A DNA stretch of 64,000 nucleotides from an uncultured Actinomycetes bacterium (GCA_963821365.1 CAWGDT010000026.1:19295-83294), one strand, 5' to 3'; positions 26,231 through 35,984 are shown, numbered from the stretch's first letter. Notes: a model not told the origin generated them from the sequence alone. Made by a program: numbers and translations.

Positions 26231-26974
26231 TCAGGGACCGCGCTGGCACGAGGCGCACCAGTAGGCGGTGCGATTCGCGTCGCCGAGCCCGCGCGAGCGG
26301 ACCGGGGCGCCGCAGCGCGGGCACGGCCGCCCTGCCCGGCGATAGACAGCGCGCGGCGAGCGCGCGCCGCGGACCGACTCGAGCATCGCCGCGCGCGCCC
26401 AGGTGAGCCCGTCCTCGAGCTCGTCGTCCGTCGCCGAGTCAAGCGCGAGCCACGGCGACAGACGCGCCCGCCAGAGAAGCTCCGCCAGCCACATGTTGCC
26501 GATGCCCGAGACAACCCTCTGATCGACGAGGACATCGCCCAGCAGCCGGCCCGAATCGACGGCCCTGAGCCTGGCCACGACGTCATCGACCCGGGTCGTC
26601 TCGGCCAGGAGGTCGGGCCCGAGCCGACCTGCGCGACCGTCGTCGAGCGTGAGCACGGGGCCGTTCCACTGCGTGGCTTCGAACCGCGGTGTCGACAGGA
26701 CGAGCCAGGGCGATCCGCTCCACGCCCGGCCGTTCCGCTCGCGCACCCGCCAGCGGCCGTTCATCCGCAGGTGGCTGCGCACCGTCACGCCGCCCTCGAA
26801 CCGGAGCAGCAGGTGCTTCCCGATCGCCTCGACGGACTCGAGGACGCGCCCGTCGACGGCGCGCGCCACGCCGGTTGCGAGGCCGCGCGGGCTCGGCGAC
26901 GACGCATCGACGCGCTGTCCGACGAGCGCCTGGAGCCGGGCGGCGACCCGGTGGAGCGAGTCACCCTCGGGCAT
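26231..26974 (-). CDS. nei: Fpg/Nei-family DNA glycosylase (endonuclease VIII-like)
   Basis: N-terminal MPEGD, GKHLL, HLRMNG, LGPDLL, DQRVVSGIGN (H2TH), zinc finger CPRC...WCASCQ. Confidence 0.9.
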   Translation of the reverse strand: MPEGDSLHRVAARLQALVGQRVDASSPSPRGLATGVARAVDGRVLESVEAIGKHLLLRFEGGVTVRSHLRMNGRWRVRERNGRAWSGSPWLVLSTPRFEATQWNGPVLTLDDGRAGRLGPDLLAETTRVDDVVARLRAVDSGRLLGDVLVDQRVVSGIGNMWLAELLWRARLSPWLALDSATDDELEDGLTWARAAMLESVRGARSPRAVYRRAGRPCPRCGAPVRSRGLGDANRTAYWCASCQRGP

Positions 26975-27632
26975 CGGCGGCGCGCACCCGAGCGAGGCGG
27001 GCCATACCGCTCTCGTCGAGGAGCACGGTCTTCCCCCGGGAGAGCTCGACGAAGCCGCGATCCTCGGCATCACGGAGCACCCGGTTGACGGTCGCCCGCG
27101 ACGCGCCGGCGAGCGCCGCGATCTCCTCCTGGATCAGCGGGATCGTGACGGGCGGCGAGCCTCCGTAGACGCGGGCGAGCTCGAGCACCCGCCGGGCGAC
27201 GCGAGTCTCCGCATCGACGGTATAGGACTCGACGAGGCGTTCGGAGAGAAATGCGACGTGCTCGGCGAGGACGCGGACGAGCACCTCGTCGACCGACGGA
27301 TGCTCGCGCGCGAGGCGCCGCAGCTCCGATCCGCGGAGCACGAGCGTCTCGCCCGCCTCGAGCGCGCTCACCGTCGCGCTCCGCTCGGCGCCGGTCACCA
27401 CCGCGAGCTCGCCGAACGTCTCCCCCGGGCCGCGGATCGCGAGCGCCACGACGTCCCCAAGCGCGGTGGTGATCCGGATGTCGAAGCGCCCTTTCGCCAC
27501 GAGGTGGACCGCGTCGGCAGGGTCGTGGTGGTGGAAGACCACCTCGCCGCGCCGGTACGTGCTGCGACGCGCGAGCGAGAGCACGGCCCGCACGTCCTCG
27601 CCGGGGATCCCCTCGAAGAGTCGCCATTCCAT
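26961..27632 (-). CDS. Crp/Fnr-family transcriptional regulator
   Basis: cNMP-binding GPGETFGELA...RSATVSAL and HTH LIQEEIAALAGASRATVNRVL. Confidence 0.92.
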   Translation of the reverse strand: MEWRLFEGIPGEDVRAVLSLARRSTYRRGEVVFHHHDPADAVHLVAKGRFDIRITTALGDVVALAIRGPGETFGELAVVTGAERSATVSALEAGETLVLRGSELRRLAREHPSVDEVLVRVLAEHVAFLSERLVESYTVDAETRVARRVLELARVYGGSPPVTIPLIQEEIAALAGASRATVNRVLRDAEDRGFVELSRGKTVLLDESGMARLARVRAADARG

Positions 27633-27636
27633 GTTG

Positions 27637-27652
27637 TGTCACAAGCGTTACA
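27637..27652. promoter_or_regulatory. Putative CRP-type binding site
   Basis: TGTCA-CAAGCG-TTACA is 8/10 to TGTGA-N6-TCACA. It lies between the crp gene and the divergent secreted-protein gene. Confidence 0.5.
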
Positions 27653-27708
27653 CATCGTGTGTCGCAACGGAGAACGACGGCCGGCGGACGGCCTCATAGC
27701 CTCGGCGC

Positions 27709-28329
27709 ATGGTCGAACGGTCGAGGAGGACGCAGGACATGAACGAGATCACGAAGGCACGGATGTTGCTGACGACCGCGGCGCTCGCCGCCGTCGCAGC
27801 GTTTTTCGCCGGTGGGGCGAACGCGAAGCTCATGGACGTGGACGGCGGGACGGCGAACGGCGCCGCCACCGTCCCGTCCGGGCCGGGGACGATCCCGTAC
27901 CTCAGCCACGGGATCGGCGTCGACGAGTCCCTGTGGAGCGGCGCGGCGCAGACGCAGCTCTCCGGCGTCCACGCGGCGCTTCAGCGTGACCGGTCGGAGA
28001 CGACGTCGTCCGCCGTCGAGCCCGGCACCATCCCGTACCTCAGCCACGGGATCGGCGTCGACGCGAGCCAGTTCAGCGGCCTGCCGTCACGCGGGCTCAC
28101 CGGTGACTCACCGCTGACACGGGTCTCGGCTCCCGAGCCCGCGGGCCTCACCGGCGACTCGGCAGCCACCCGCTACCCCGGCACGGTCGGCACGGCGGCG
28201 GCGTCCGGCGACAGCGAGCTGGACTGGACGTGGTTCGGGGCCGGCACCGGCATGGCCGCGCTACTCGCCGCAGCAATCGCGGGCGTCGTGTTGACGACGC
28301 GGCGGCGCGGCGGGGTTGCACTCCCGTAG
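27709..28329 (+). CDS. Secreted protein with internal repeats and C-terminal membrane anchor
   Basis: Signal peptide ending ANA, two PGTIPYLSHGIGVD repeats, two GLTGDS repeats, then DWTWFGAG, a TM helix and RRR. Start is 27709 (leaderless) or 27739 (RBS). Confidence 0.75.
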   Translation: MVERSRRTQDMNEITKARMLLTTAALAAVAAFFAGGANAKLMDVDGGTANGAATVPSGPGTIPYLSHGIGVDESLWSGAAQTQLSGVHAALQRDRSETTSSAVEPGTIPYLSHGIGVDASQFSGLPSRGLTGDSPLTRVSAPEPAGLTGDSAATRYPGTVGTAAASGDSELDWTWFGAGTGMAALLAAAIAGVVLTTRRRGGVALP

Positions 28330-28353
28330 ACCGTCCGACACGGGAACCGGAGC

Positions 28354-28383
28354 GGGGCGATTGGGGGATCGCCCCGTTTCGTT
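28354..28383 (+). terminator. Probable intrinsic terminator
   Basis: GGGGCGAT-TGGGGG-ATCGCCCC followed by GTTTCGTT, about 25 nt after the stop. Confidence 0.55.
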
Positions 28384-28440
28384 GGACCGACCGGCGCACA
28401 TCCGGGCGGGAACCGCACAGCCACTCGGCAACTCGAGGTC

Positions 28441-28476
28441 TTGGCACAGAGTTGGCACAGAGTTGGCACGAAGTTG
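28441..28476. repeat. 11-bp-period direct repeat
   Basis: TTGGCACAGAG TTGGCACAGAG TTGGCACGAAG TTG. Confidence 0.85.
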
Positions 28477-28599
28477 TCGTCAACGTTGCCTCGCTGGACG
28501 ATAGAATAGAAAGTGGGTGGTGGGATGGGGTGCCCCAACGGAGCGGCGCAAAGAGCGAACTTCGAGGCCGCCCGTCCCGCCTCGCGTGTCCCCGCCAGG

Positions 28600-28658
28600 G
28601 CCCGCCGCGGGCCGGCGAGGCATCAGGGTCGGATGACCGCCCGCCGCGGGCCGGCGAG
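28600..28658. repeat. 20-bp direct duplication spanning the lhr stop
   Basis: GCCCGCCGCGGGCCGGCGAG at 28600-28619 (outside lhr) and 28639-28658 (inside the lhr 3' end). Confidence 0.8.
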
Positions 28659-31600
28659 AAACCCCGCCTCGACGAGAAGCGGCAGGGCGTCGCTCTCGAC
28701 GACCGGGCGGCCGTCGAAGCGCTCGACCGAGAGCCGCCGCCCGCGATCGGCTCTCACCCACTCCACCAGCGCCGCGAGCGCGGGCCGCAGCCACTCCGGG
28801 TCGGGGTCGCGCAGAGGAAGCAGCGAGCGGCCGCCGCGCTCGACGTAGAGCGCCGCCTCACCGCCCAGCAGCACGACGTGGGCGCCCGCCACGCGCGCGG
28901 CGCGCGCCGCCGCGCGCTTCGGCCAGGGCAGGACGCCGCCGTACGGCTGCGCCGGCTCGGCGGCGGCGAGCACGAGTGCCTCTCGACTGTCGGCGTCCCG
29001 CAGCTCGCGGACCCGCTCGACGGCGCCCGGGAGCGCGAACTGCGCACCCCCGAGACCTTCCACGAAGTATCCGCGCCGGCAGGCGCCGACGGTCTCGAGG
29101 GCTCGAAGCTCTGCGTAGACGGCGCCGTACCCGCCCGCGATCCCCTCGGCGCGCACGCCGTCGCGGGTGACGATTCCCTGCCGCTCGAGCAGCAGCTCTG
29201 CAAGCGCACGGCGGTCGGACGTCGCCTCGAACAGCCGTCTCGCGAGCGACCACCGGCCGGCCGTCGCGACGTCGCCCGAGACACGCGAGCGCGAGAAGCG
29301 GCGGGGACGACGCTCGGCGGCGGGGATGCCGTAGCGGCGCTTCGCCCTGAGAGGCGCCCAGGCGTCGTTCGTCACCTCGCCGTTCCAGACGAGCTCCCAG
29401 AGCACGGGCAGCACGTCCGCGACGTCGCCGCCGACGGCCGCGACGAGGTCCGGCCAGAACTCGGCGCTCCGCGCCAGCACGGCGCGAACCGTGTCGTGCA
29501 TCGGTCCCGAGAGCGGCTCCGGCGGACCCGGCGGCCCGAGCAGGGGGGCGTCCTCCCGGTAGTACAGCGCGACGCGGTCGAGGCCGGCGCCGACCCATAC
29601 GACCTCCCCGGACGCGCAGAGCTGGTCGAGCGAGGCAGGCTGGTACCCGGGCACACGCCGGGGCAGGATCTCCGCCTCCCAGAGCGCGACCGGAAGCGCC
29701 AGCCCCTGCAGCGGGACCAGCGCCTCGCGCAGCGTCGCCCTGCGGTCGATCCCGTGCCAGGAGGGCAGGAAGCGACCGAGCGCCTGCTGCTCCGCCGGCT
29801 CGACCTGCCGGCGCAGCACGGCGAGCGAGGCTCGGCGGATCCGCCGGAGGACGTCCGGGTCGCACCATTCCCGCTCGATGCCGCCGGGGCGGAGCTCGCC
29901 GCGGACGAGGAGGTCGCGCGCCTCGAGCACGGCGAGCATCCCCTCGGCGTCGCCCGCCTCGAGGGCGAACCTCGACGCGGCGTCGCGGGTCGTGAACGGG
30001 CCGCGAGAGCGCGCGTAGCGCAGCAAGACGCGCTCGACGGCGTCCTCGGCCGGCTCCAGGAACGACTCCGGGAGACCGCCGGGCGGCATCACGCCGAAGG
30101 CATCGCGGTAGAGCCCCGCGTCCTCGGCGGCGATCACGGCCTCCGCGGTGCCGATACGAGCGCGGAATGCGCGCCGCTCGCGGACGAGCGTCTCCGCGAA
30201 CCCGGGGTCGAGCTCGCCCTCGCGCAGGTCGCCGACCCGCCGGAGCAGGTCGTGCAGCTCGTCCGCGTTCCGCGGTTGCGGCACGAGCGAGCCCTCGACC
30301 TCGGCCAGCGCCCCCGGGTCGATCAGCTCGCGGAGCTCCTCCTGGCCGAGCAGCTCGCGCAGCAGCTCGCGGTCGAGCGAGAGCGCCTGCGCGCGACGCT
30401 CCGCGGCCGGGGTGTCGTCCTCGTACATGTACGTGGCGACGTAGTCGAAGAGCAGCGAGGCGGCCATCGGCGACGCCGACGGCGTCTCGACCTCGACGAG
30501 GTCGAGCTCCCGCGTCTGGAGGCCGCGGAGGATCCCGCGGAGCGCGGGCAGGTCGAAGACGTCCTGGAGGCACTCGCGGTACGTCTCGAGGACGATCGGG
30601 AACGAGCCGTACTTGCGCGCGACCTCGAGGAGGCTCTGGGCCTTGAGCCGCTGCTGCCAGAGCGGCGTCCGCTGCCCGGGCCTGCGGCGGGGGATCAGCA
30701 GAGCGCGCGCGGCGTTCTCACGGAACCGCGCGCCGAAGAGCGCCGTCGAGCCGACCTCCTGGACGACGAGGTCCTCGAGCTCCTGCGGCTCGACGAGCAG
30801 GTCGGCGAGCGCCGGCGGCGCGTCGGCGTCCGGGAAGTGGAGCGCGATTCCGTCGTCGGACCAGAGCGACTGCACCTCGGCGCCGAGCGTGTCGCGCAGG
30901 CGCGCCGCCAGCGCCATCGCCCACGGGGCGTGGACGCGCCCGCCGAAGGGCGTGAGGACGCAGACGCGCCAGTCGCCGATCTCGTCACGGAAGCGCTCCA
31001 CCACGATCGTCCTGTCGGTCGGTAGCGCTGAGCTGCGTTGCTGCTCGCGCAGGAACGCCAGCAGGTTGCGCGCGGCGAGTCCGTCGAGGTGGTAGTCCTC
31101 GCGGAGCCGCTCCGCTGCCGTCGCGTCGGAGAGCGCGGCGATCTCACGCGAAGCTGCCCCGATCCGCGCACCCAGCTCGTACGGCCGCCCCACGCCCTCG
31201 CCCTTCCAGAACGGCACCGCGCCGGGAACGCCGGGCGCGGGAGAGACGAGCACGCGGTCGCGCGTGATCTCCTCGATCCGCCACGTCGAGGCGCCGAGCA
31301 TGAAGGTCTGCCCTTCGCGCGCCTCGTAGACCATCTCCTCGTCGAGCTCGCCGACGCGGCCGCCGCCGTCGACCTGGAAGACGCCGAAGAGCCCGCGGTC
31401 GGGAATCGTGCCCGCGTTCGTCACGGCGAGCCTGCGCGCGCCGGTGCGGCCGCGGATCACGCCGCCCGTGCGGTCCCACACGATCCGCGGGCGCAGCTCG
31501 GCGAACTCGTCGGACGGGTAGCGGCCCGCGAGCATGTCGAGCACGTTCTCGAGCTGCTCCCGCGCCAGCTCCGAGAACGGATACGCGCCGCGGACGAGCC

Positions 31601-32909
31601 GGTGCAGATCGTCGACCGCGATCTCCTCGTCGGCGCAGATCGCGACGATCTGCTGCGCGAGGACGTCGAGCGGGTTCCGCGGGATCGCGGTCTCCTCGAT
31701 CGCGCCTTCGCGCATCGCCTTCGCGACGACGGCGCACTCGAGCAGGTCGGCGCGGAACTTCGGGAAGATCCGCCCCTTCGACGTCGCGCCGAGCTCGTGC
31801 CCCGCCCGGCCGACCCGCTGGAGGCCGCGCGCGACCGACTTCGGGCTCTCCACCTGGATGACGAGGTCGACGGCCCCCATGTCGATCCCGAGCTCGAGGC
31901 TCGAGGTCGCGACGAGGCACGGGATCCGGCCTGCCTTGAGGTCCTCCTCGATCAGCACCCGCTGCTCGCGTGCCAGCGAGCCGTGGTGCGCGCGCGCTAC
32001 TTCTGCCTCCGCGATCTCGTTGATCCGCAGGGCGAGCCGCTCGGCGAGGCGGCGGTTGTTGACGAACACGATCGTCGAGCGATGCGCGCGCACGAGCTCG
32101 AGGAGCGCCGGGTAGATCGAGGGCCAGATCGAGCGCGACGTCGCCTCGTAGCCGGAGTCCATCTCGACCCCGTCGGGCATCACCGGCTGCGACAGCGGCC
32201 GCGACGAGGTCCCGAGCTCGCGCATGTCCTCGACCGGGACGACGACCTCGAGGTCGAGCTCCTTGCTCTGGCCCGCGTCGACGAGCGCGATCTCGCGGTC
32301 CGGCCCGGCCACCCACCGGCCGATCTCGGCGAGCGGGCGCTGCGTGGCCGAGAGGCCGATCCGCTGGAACGGCTGCTCGGCGACGCGCTCGAGCCGCTCG
32401 AGCGAGAGCGAGAGGTGCGCCCCGCGCTTCGTCCCGGCGACGGCATGGACCTCGTCGAGGATCACTGTCTCGACCGTCTTCAACAGGTCGCGGCCCCGCG
32501 ACGTGAGCAGGAGGTAGAGCGACTCGGGCGTCGTGATCAGGATGTCGGGCGGGGTGCGCAGCATCCGCTCGCGGTCGCGCTGCGGCGTGTCACCGGTCCG
32601 CACCCCCACCGAGAGCGACGAGCCGATCCCGACGAGCGGGCCGCGGAGGTTCCGCTCGATGTCGTAGTTGAGCGCCTTGAGCGGCGAGACGTACAGGAGC
32701 CTCATGCCGGCGCCCGGCGCGTCGTTCAGCCGGTCGAGGCCGAGGAGGAACGCCGCCAGCGTCTTCCCCGACCCGGTCGGCGCCTGGACGAGGACGTGGC
32801 CGCCGGACGCGATCGCCGGCCAGGCCAGCGCCTGCGCGGGTGTCGGCGCCCCGAACGCGCGCTCGAACCAGGCTCCCGTCCTCGGAGAGAGCGTGCGGAG
32901 TGGATCCAC
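28623..32909 (-). CDS. lhr: Lhr-family ATP-dependent helicase, long form with C-terminal domain
   Basis: APTGSGKT, YVSPLKAL, GDTPQ, ITTPESL, DEVH, LSAT, HHGSL, ATSSLELGID, QRVGRAGH, GELDEEMV, GEVTND, GYFVEGLGGAQFA. Confidence 0.95.
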   Translation of the reverse strand: MDPLRTLSPRTGAWFERAFGAPTPAQALAWPAIASGGHVLVQAPTGSGKTLAAFLLGLDRLNDAPGAGMRLLYVSPLKALNYDIERNLRGPLVGIGSSLSVGVRTGDTPQRDRERMLRTPPDILITTPESLYLLLTSRGRDLLKTVETVILDEVHAVAGTKRGAHLSLSLERLERVAEQPFQRIGLSATQRPLAEIGRWVAGPDREIALVDAGQSKELDLEVVVPVEDMRELGTSSRPLSQPVMPDGVEMDSGYEATSRSIWPSIYPALLELVRAHRSTIVFVNNRRLAERLALRINEIAEAEVARAHHGSLAREQRVLIEEDLKAGRIPCLVATSSLELGIDMGAVDLVIQVESPKSVARGLQRVGRAGHELGATSKGRIFPKFRADLLECAVVAKAMREGAIEETAIPRNPLDVLAQQIVAICADEEIAVDDLHRLVRGAYPFSELAREQLENVLDMLAGRYPSDEFAELRPRIVWDRTGGVIRGRTGARRLAVTNAGTIPDRGLFGVFQVDGGGRVGELDEEMVYEAREGQTFMLGASTWRIEEITRDRVLVSPAPGVPGAVPFWKGEGVGRPYELGARIGAASREIAALSDATAAERLREDYHLDGLAARNLLAFLREQQRSSALPTDRTIVVERFRDEIGDWRVCVLTPFGGRVHAPWAMALAARLRDTLGAEVQSLWSDDGIALHFPDADAPPALADLLVEPQELEDLVVQEVGSTALFGARFRENAARALLIPRRRPGQRTPLWQQRLKAQSLLEVARKYGSFPIVLETYRECLQDVFDLPALRGILRGLQTRELDLVEVETPSASPMAASLLFDYVATYMYEDDTPAAERRAQALSLDRELLRELLGQEELRELIDPGALAEVEGSLVPQPRNADELHDLLRRVGDLREGELDPGFAETLVRERRAFRARIGTAEAVIAAEDAGLYRDAFGVMPPGGLPESFLEPAEDAVERVLLRYARSRGPFTTRDAASRFALEAGDAEGMLAVLEARDLLVRGELRPGGIEREWCDPDVLRRIRRASLAVLRRQVEPAEQQALGRFLPSWHGIDRRATLREALVPLQGLALPVALWEAEILPRRVPGYQPASLDQLCASGEVVWVGAGLDRVALYYREDAPLLGPPGPPEPLSGPMHDTVRAVLARSAEFWPDLVAAVGGDVADVLPVLWELVWNGEVTNDAWAPLRAKRRYGIPAAERRPRRFSRSRVSGDVATAGRWSLARRLFEATSDRRALAELLLERQGIVTRDGVRAEGIAGGYGAVYAELRALETVGACRRGYFVEGLGGAQFALPGAVERVRELRDADSREALVLAAAEPAQPYGGVLPWPKRAAARAARVAGAHVVLLGGEAALYVERGGRSLLPLRDPDPEWLRPALAALVEWVRADRGRRLSVERFDGRPVVESDALPLLVEAGFLAGPRRAVIRP

Positions 32910-32994
32910 GTCGCGAGCGTAGCCCTCCGCGGCCCGCGCGAGCGTACGGCCGACCGTACGACGGAGTCGACCGACGGCGTCGTATGCTCCGGCC

Positions 32995-34414
32995 GTGGCG
33001 TTCGACGTCGCGGTCGTCGGTGGCGGCACCGCCGGGTGCGTCGTCGCGGCGCGGCTGTCGGAGGATCCCGACCGGCGCGTCTGCCTGATCGAGGCCGGGC
33101 CCGACTACGGCCCTCGCACGTCCGGCGCCTGGCCCGACGATCTTCTCGATCCGCGCTCGTTCACGTTCACGCACGACTGGGGCACGGGCGGCGAGGACGA
33201 CCGCTCGCTCGGCGCGCGGGTGATCGGCGGCTGCTCGACACACAACGCCTGCATGGCGGTGATCGGATCCCCCGCGGACTACGACGAGTGGGGACCGGAA
33301 TGGAGCCACGAGGCCTTCGCGCCCTACCTGCGGCGCGCACGCGAGATGCTCCGCGTGCTGCCTGCCAACACGCCCGAGCCCGCACCCCTGCACGTCGCCT
33401 TCCTCGAGGCCGCCGGCGAGGCGGGGTTCCCCCTGCTCGACGACCCCGACGATCCGGTGCAGCCGGTCGGCAGAGCGACGCTTCCGTCGAACGTGGTCGA
33501 GGGGACGCGCTGGAACGCGGCGTTCGCGTACCTCGAGGCAGCCCGGGGACGCCCCAACCTCAGCGTCCTGGCGGGCACGACGGTCGACCGCCTGGCGCTG
33601 GACGGGAAGCGGGCGGCGGGCGCGGTCACGGCGGCGGGAGAGCGGATCGACGCCGATCGTGGTGGTCGTCGCGGCCGGGGCGTACTTCACGCCGGCGATC
33701 CTGCTGCGAAGCGGCATCGGGCCCGAGGACGAGCTCGCCCGCCACGCGATTCCCGTCGTCGAGGCGCTTCCCGTCGGCCAGCGCCTGCTCGATCACCACG
33801 GCACCGGGATCGGCTGGGAGCGGACCTCCGCGCTCGATCGTGAGACCGCCGCCCACGTCGCCCGCACCGGCGCGCTCTTCCGCCCGCACGCGCTCGTCAA
33901 GGCGGCGAGCACGACGTGCGCTCCGGACGCCTGGGACCTCCACGTGCTCTCGTGGGCGAGCCCGTCCGAGGACGGCTCGGGCTACGAGGCGGGCATGAGC
34001 GTCTTCCACATGAAGCCGGCATCGGCGGGTCGCGTCGGGCTGCGCTCGCGCGACCCCTCCGCGCTGCCGGTGGTCGAGCGCGGGTTCCTCCGCGACCCGG
34101 ATGACCTGGGCGTCGTCGTGGAGGGGCTCGAGCTCGCGCGCGACCTGGCCGCGCGGGCCCCGCTCGCGCGCCTGCTCGGCCCGGAGCGCGCGCCCGGCTC
34201 GGAGGATCTCTCCGCGTACGTCCGCCATAGCATTCGCAACTACTTCCACCCCGCGGGGACGTGCGGGGTCGGCCGCGTCGTCGACCCGGAGGGTCGCGTG
34301 CTCGGGGTCGAGGGTCTCGTCGTCGCCGACGCCTCGATCATGCCCACCATCCCGCGTGCCAACACGAACGTCACGACGGTCGCGATCGCCGAACGCCTCG
34401 CCGAGACGATCTGA
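32995..34414 (+). CDS. GMC-family FAD oxidoreductase (apparent frameshift near 33661)
   Basis: DVAVVGGGTAG, IEAG, IGGCSTHN in the first frame. AAGAYFTPAILLRSGIG, YFHPAGTC, ADASIMP, NTNVT in the second. Confidence 0.88.
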
Positions 34415-34438
34415 GCGAGGTCGTGCATCATCGAGGTC

Positions 34439-35317
34439 GTGACCTACTCGATCGTCGGGCGCGATCCCGAGACCCGCGAGCTCGGCGTGGCGGTGCAGTC
34501 GCGCGCGTTCAATACCGGCGCGGCGTGCGCGTGGGCGGAGGCGGGCGTCGGCGCGGTCGCGACGCAGTCCTTCACCGAGCGCCGGTACGGGCCGCGCGGG
34601 CTTGCACTGCTGGCCGACGGCCGCGATCCGATCGAGGCTCTCGACGAGCTGCTCGCGGCGGACGAGAGCCGCGAGATCCGGCAGGTCGCCTTCCTCGACG
34701 CCCGCGGGACGACGGCGGCGCACACGGGCGAGAGCTGTATTCCGCAGGCTGGCCATCTGAGCGACCTCGACGTCAGCGTCCAGGGGAACATGCTCCGCTC
34801 CGCGGACGTCTGGCCGGCGATGCGCGAGGCGTTCGACGCGACGGCCGGCACGCTGGCGGCGCGGCTTCTCGCGGCACTCGACGCCGCCGAGGCCGCGGGC
34901 GGCGACTGGCGCGGCCGGCAGGCCGCGGGGCTCGTCGTCGTCGCGGGCGAGCGCGACGAGCAGCCGTCGGTCGACCGCGTCTTCGACCTCCGCGTCGACG
35001 ACCACGAGGAGCCGCTCCGAGAGCTCCGGCGTCTCCATCGACTCGCGGCGGGCTACCGGCGCAGGAACCGCATCGACGAGACCGCCGTCCCCGCGGAGGA
35101 GCGCGAGGCGGCACTCGAGGCCGGGCTGCGCGACGACGAGGCGGCCCTCGCCGCATTGTTCGCCCACGCCCGCCGCGGCGAGGCCGACGAGGCCGTCGCG
35201 CTGATCGGAGAGCTCGTCGACGCCGAGCCGATGTCGATGCAGGCCTTCGAGCGCTACGAGGCGCTCGGCCTCATGCCACCCGGCCTGCTCGATGCCGTCC
35301 GCGCTCGCTCAGCCTGA
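34439..35317 (+). CDS. DUF1028 domain protein (Ntn-hydrolase-like)
   Basis: TYSIVGRDP...LGVAVQS...GVGAVATQ...RQV...AHTG...QGNML...AGGDWRG.QAA...DLRVDDH. Confidence 0.9.
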   Translation: MTYSIVGRDPETRELGVAVQSRAFNTGAACAWAEAGVGAVATQSFTERRYGPRGLALLADGRDPIEALDELLAADESREIRQVAFLDARGTTAAHTGESCIPQAGHLSDLDVSVQGNMLRSADVWPAMREAFDATAGTLAARLLAALDAAEAAGGDWRGRQAAGLVVVAGERDEQPSVDRVFDLRVDDHEEPLRELRRLHRLAAGYRRRNRIDETAVPAEEREAALEAGLRDDEAALAALFAHARRGEADEAVALIGELVDAEPMSMQAFERYEALGLMPPGLLDAVRARSA

Positions 35318-35716
35318 CCAGGGGTCGAGCCAGGGCACGCCGAGGCGCTTCGCCGTCGTCGTGTCGCGCGAGACGACGACCAGGCCCAGGACGAGCGCGG
35401 TCGCGGCCTGGAGGCCGTCGACCACCGGGAGCGGGCCATCGACGCGTAACCGTCCCCACGCCTCGGCGATCTCCTCCGAGACCGGGAGAATGCGATCCGC
35501 GAACCGTTCGCGCAGGTCGGCGAGCCACGACGTGAGCCCGGCGCTCCGTATCGGATCCCGCGTCCGAAGGCGCTCCGCGCTGAACCGGAGCTCGCCCAGC
35601 ACGAGCACGCTGACGTAGATCGACTCCGGCGCGACCCGTTCGTACCAGCCGACGACGTTCGGGCTCGGGGCCGGCTTGCGGAGCTCCGACAGAACGTTCG
35701 TGTCGATCAGGTGCAT
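35309..35716 (-). CDS. vapC: VapC/PIN-domain toxin
   Basis: LIDTNVLSEL...SVLVLGEL...VVDGLQAATA...VVSRD. Confidence 0.9.
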   Translation of the reverse strand: MHLIDTNVLSELRKPAPSPNVVGWYERVAPESIYVSVLVLGELRFSAERLRTRDPIRSAGLTSWLADLRERFADRILPVSEEIAEAWGRLRVDGPLPVVDGLQAATALVLGLVVVSRDTTTAKRLGVPWLDPWSG

Positions 35717-35961
35717 CAGAAGAGGTCGATCTCGCGGCCCGTGTCCTGCGGCCGCTCGAGATCGAGATCGTCGATCGGCGGCATCGTCATCAGGAACTCC
35801 TTGAAGCTCATCGTCGTCCCGGTGAGCCGCCGGTACTCACCGACGTCGAGGACCACCACCGCCGACTTCCCGTTGCGCGTCACGAACTGCGGCCCTTCCT
35901 CGAGCGCACGCCGCACGACCTCGCTGAAGCGCTGCTTCGCTTCCTGGAGCTGCCACGTCAT
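35716..35961 (-). CDS. Phd/YefM-family antitoxin
   Basis: MTWQLQEAKQRFSEVVRRALEEGPQFVTRNGKSAVVVL. Its stop abuts the toxin start. Confidence 0.9.
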   Translation of the reverse strand: MTWQLQEAKQRFSEVVRRALEEGPQFVTRNGKSAVVVLDVGEYRRLTGTTMSFKEFLMTMPPIDDLDLERPQDTGREIDLF

Positions 35962-35984
35962 GGCTGCAAGCCTAACCTGAGCCA

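Noticed and set aside
28230-33998. Very long plus-strand ORFs antisense to lhr, and similar ones opposite the LuxR, sigma and peptidase genes
   Set aside because: Shadow ORFs caused by GC3 bias of the real gene. They are Arg/Ala/Gly-rich with no motifs.
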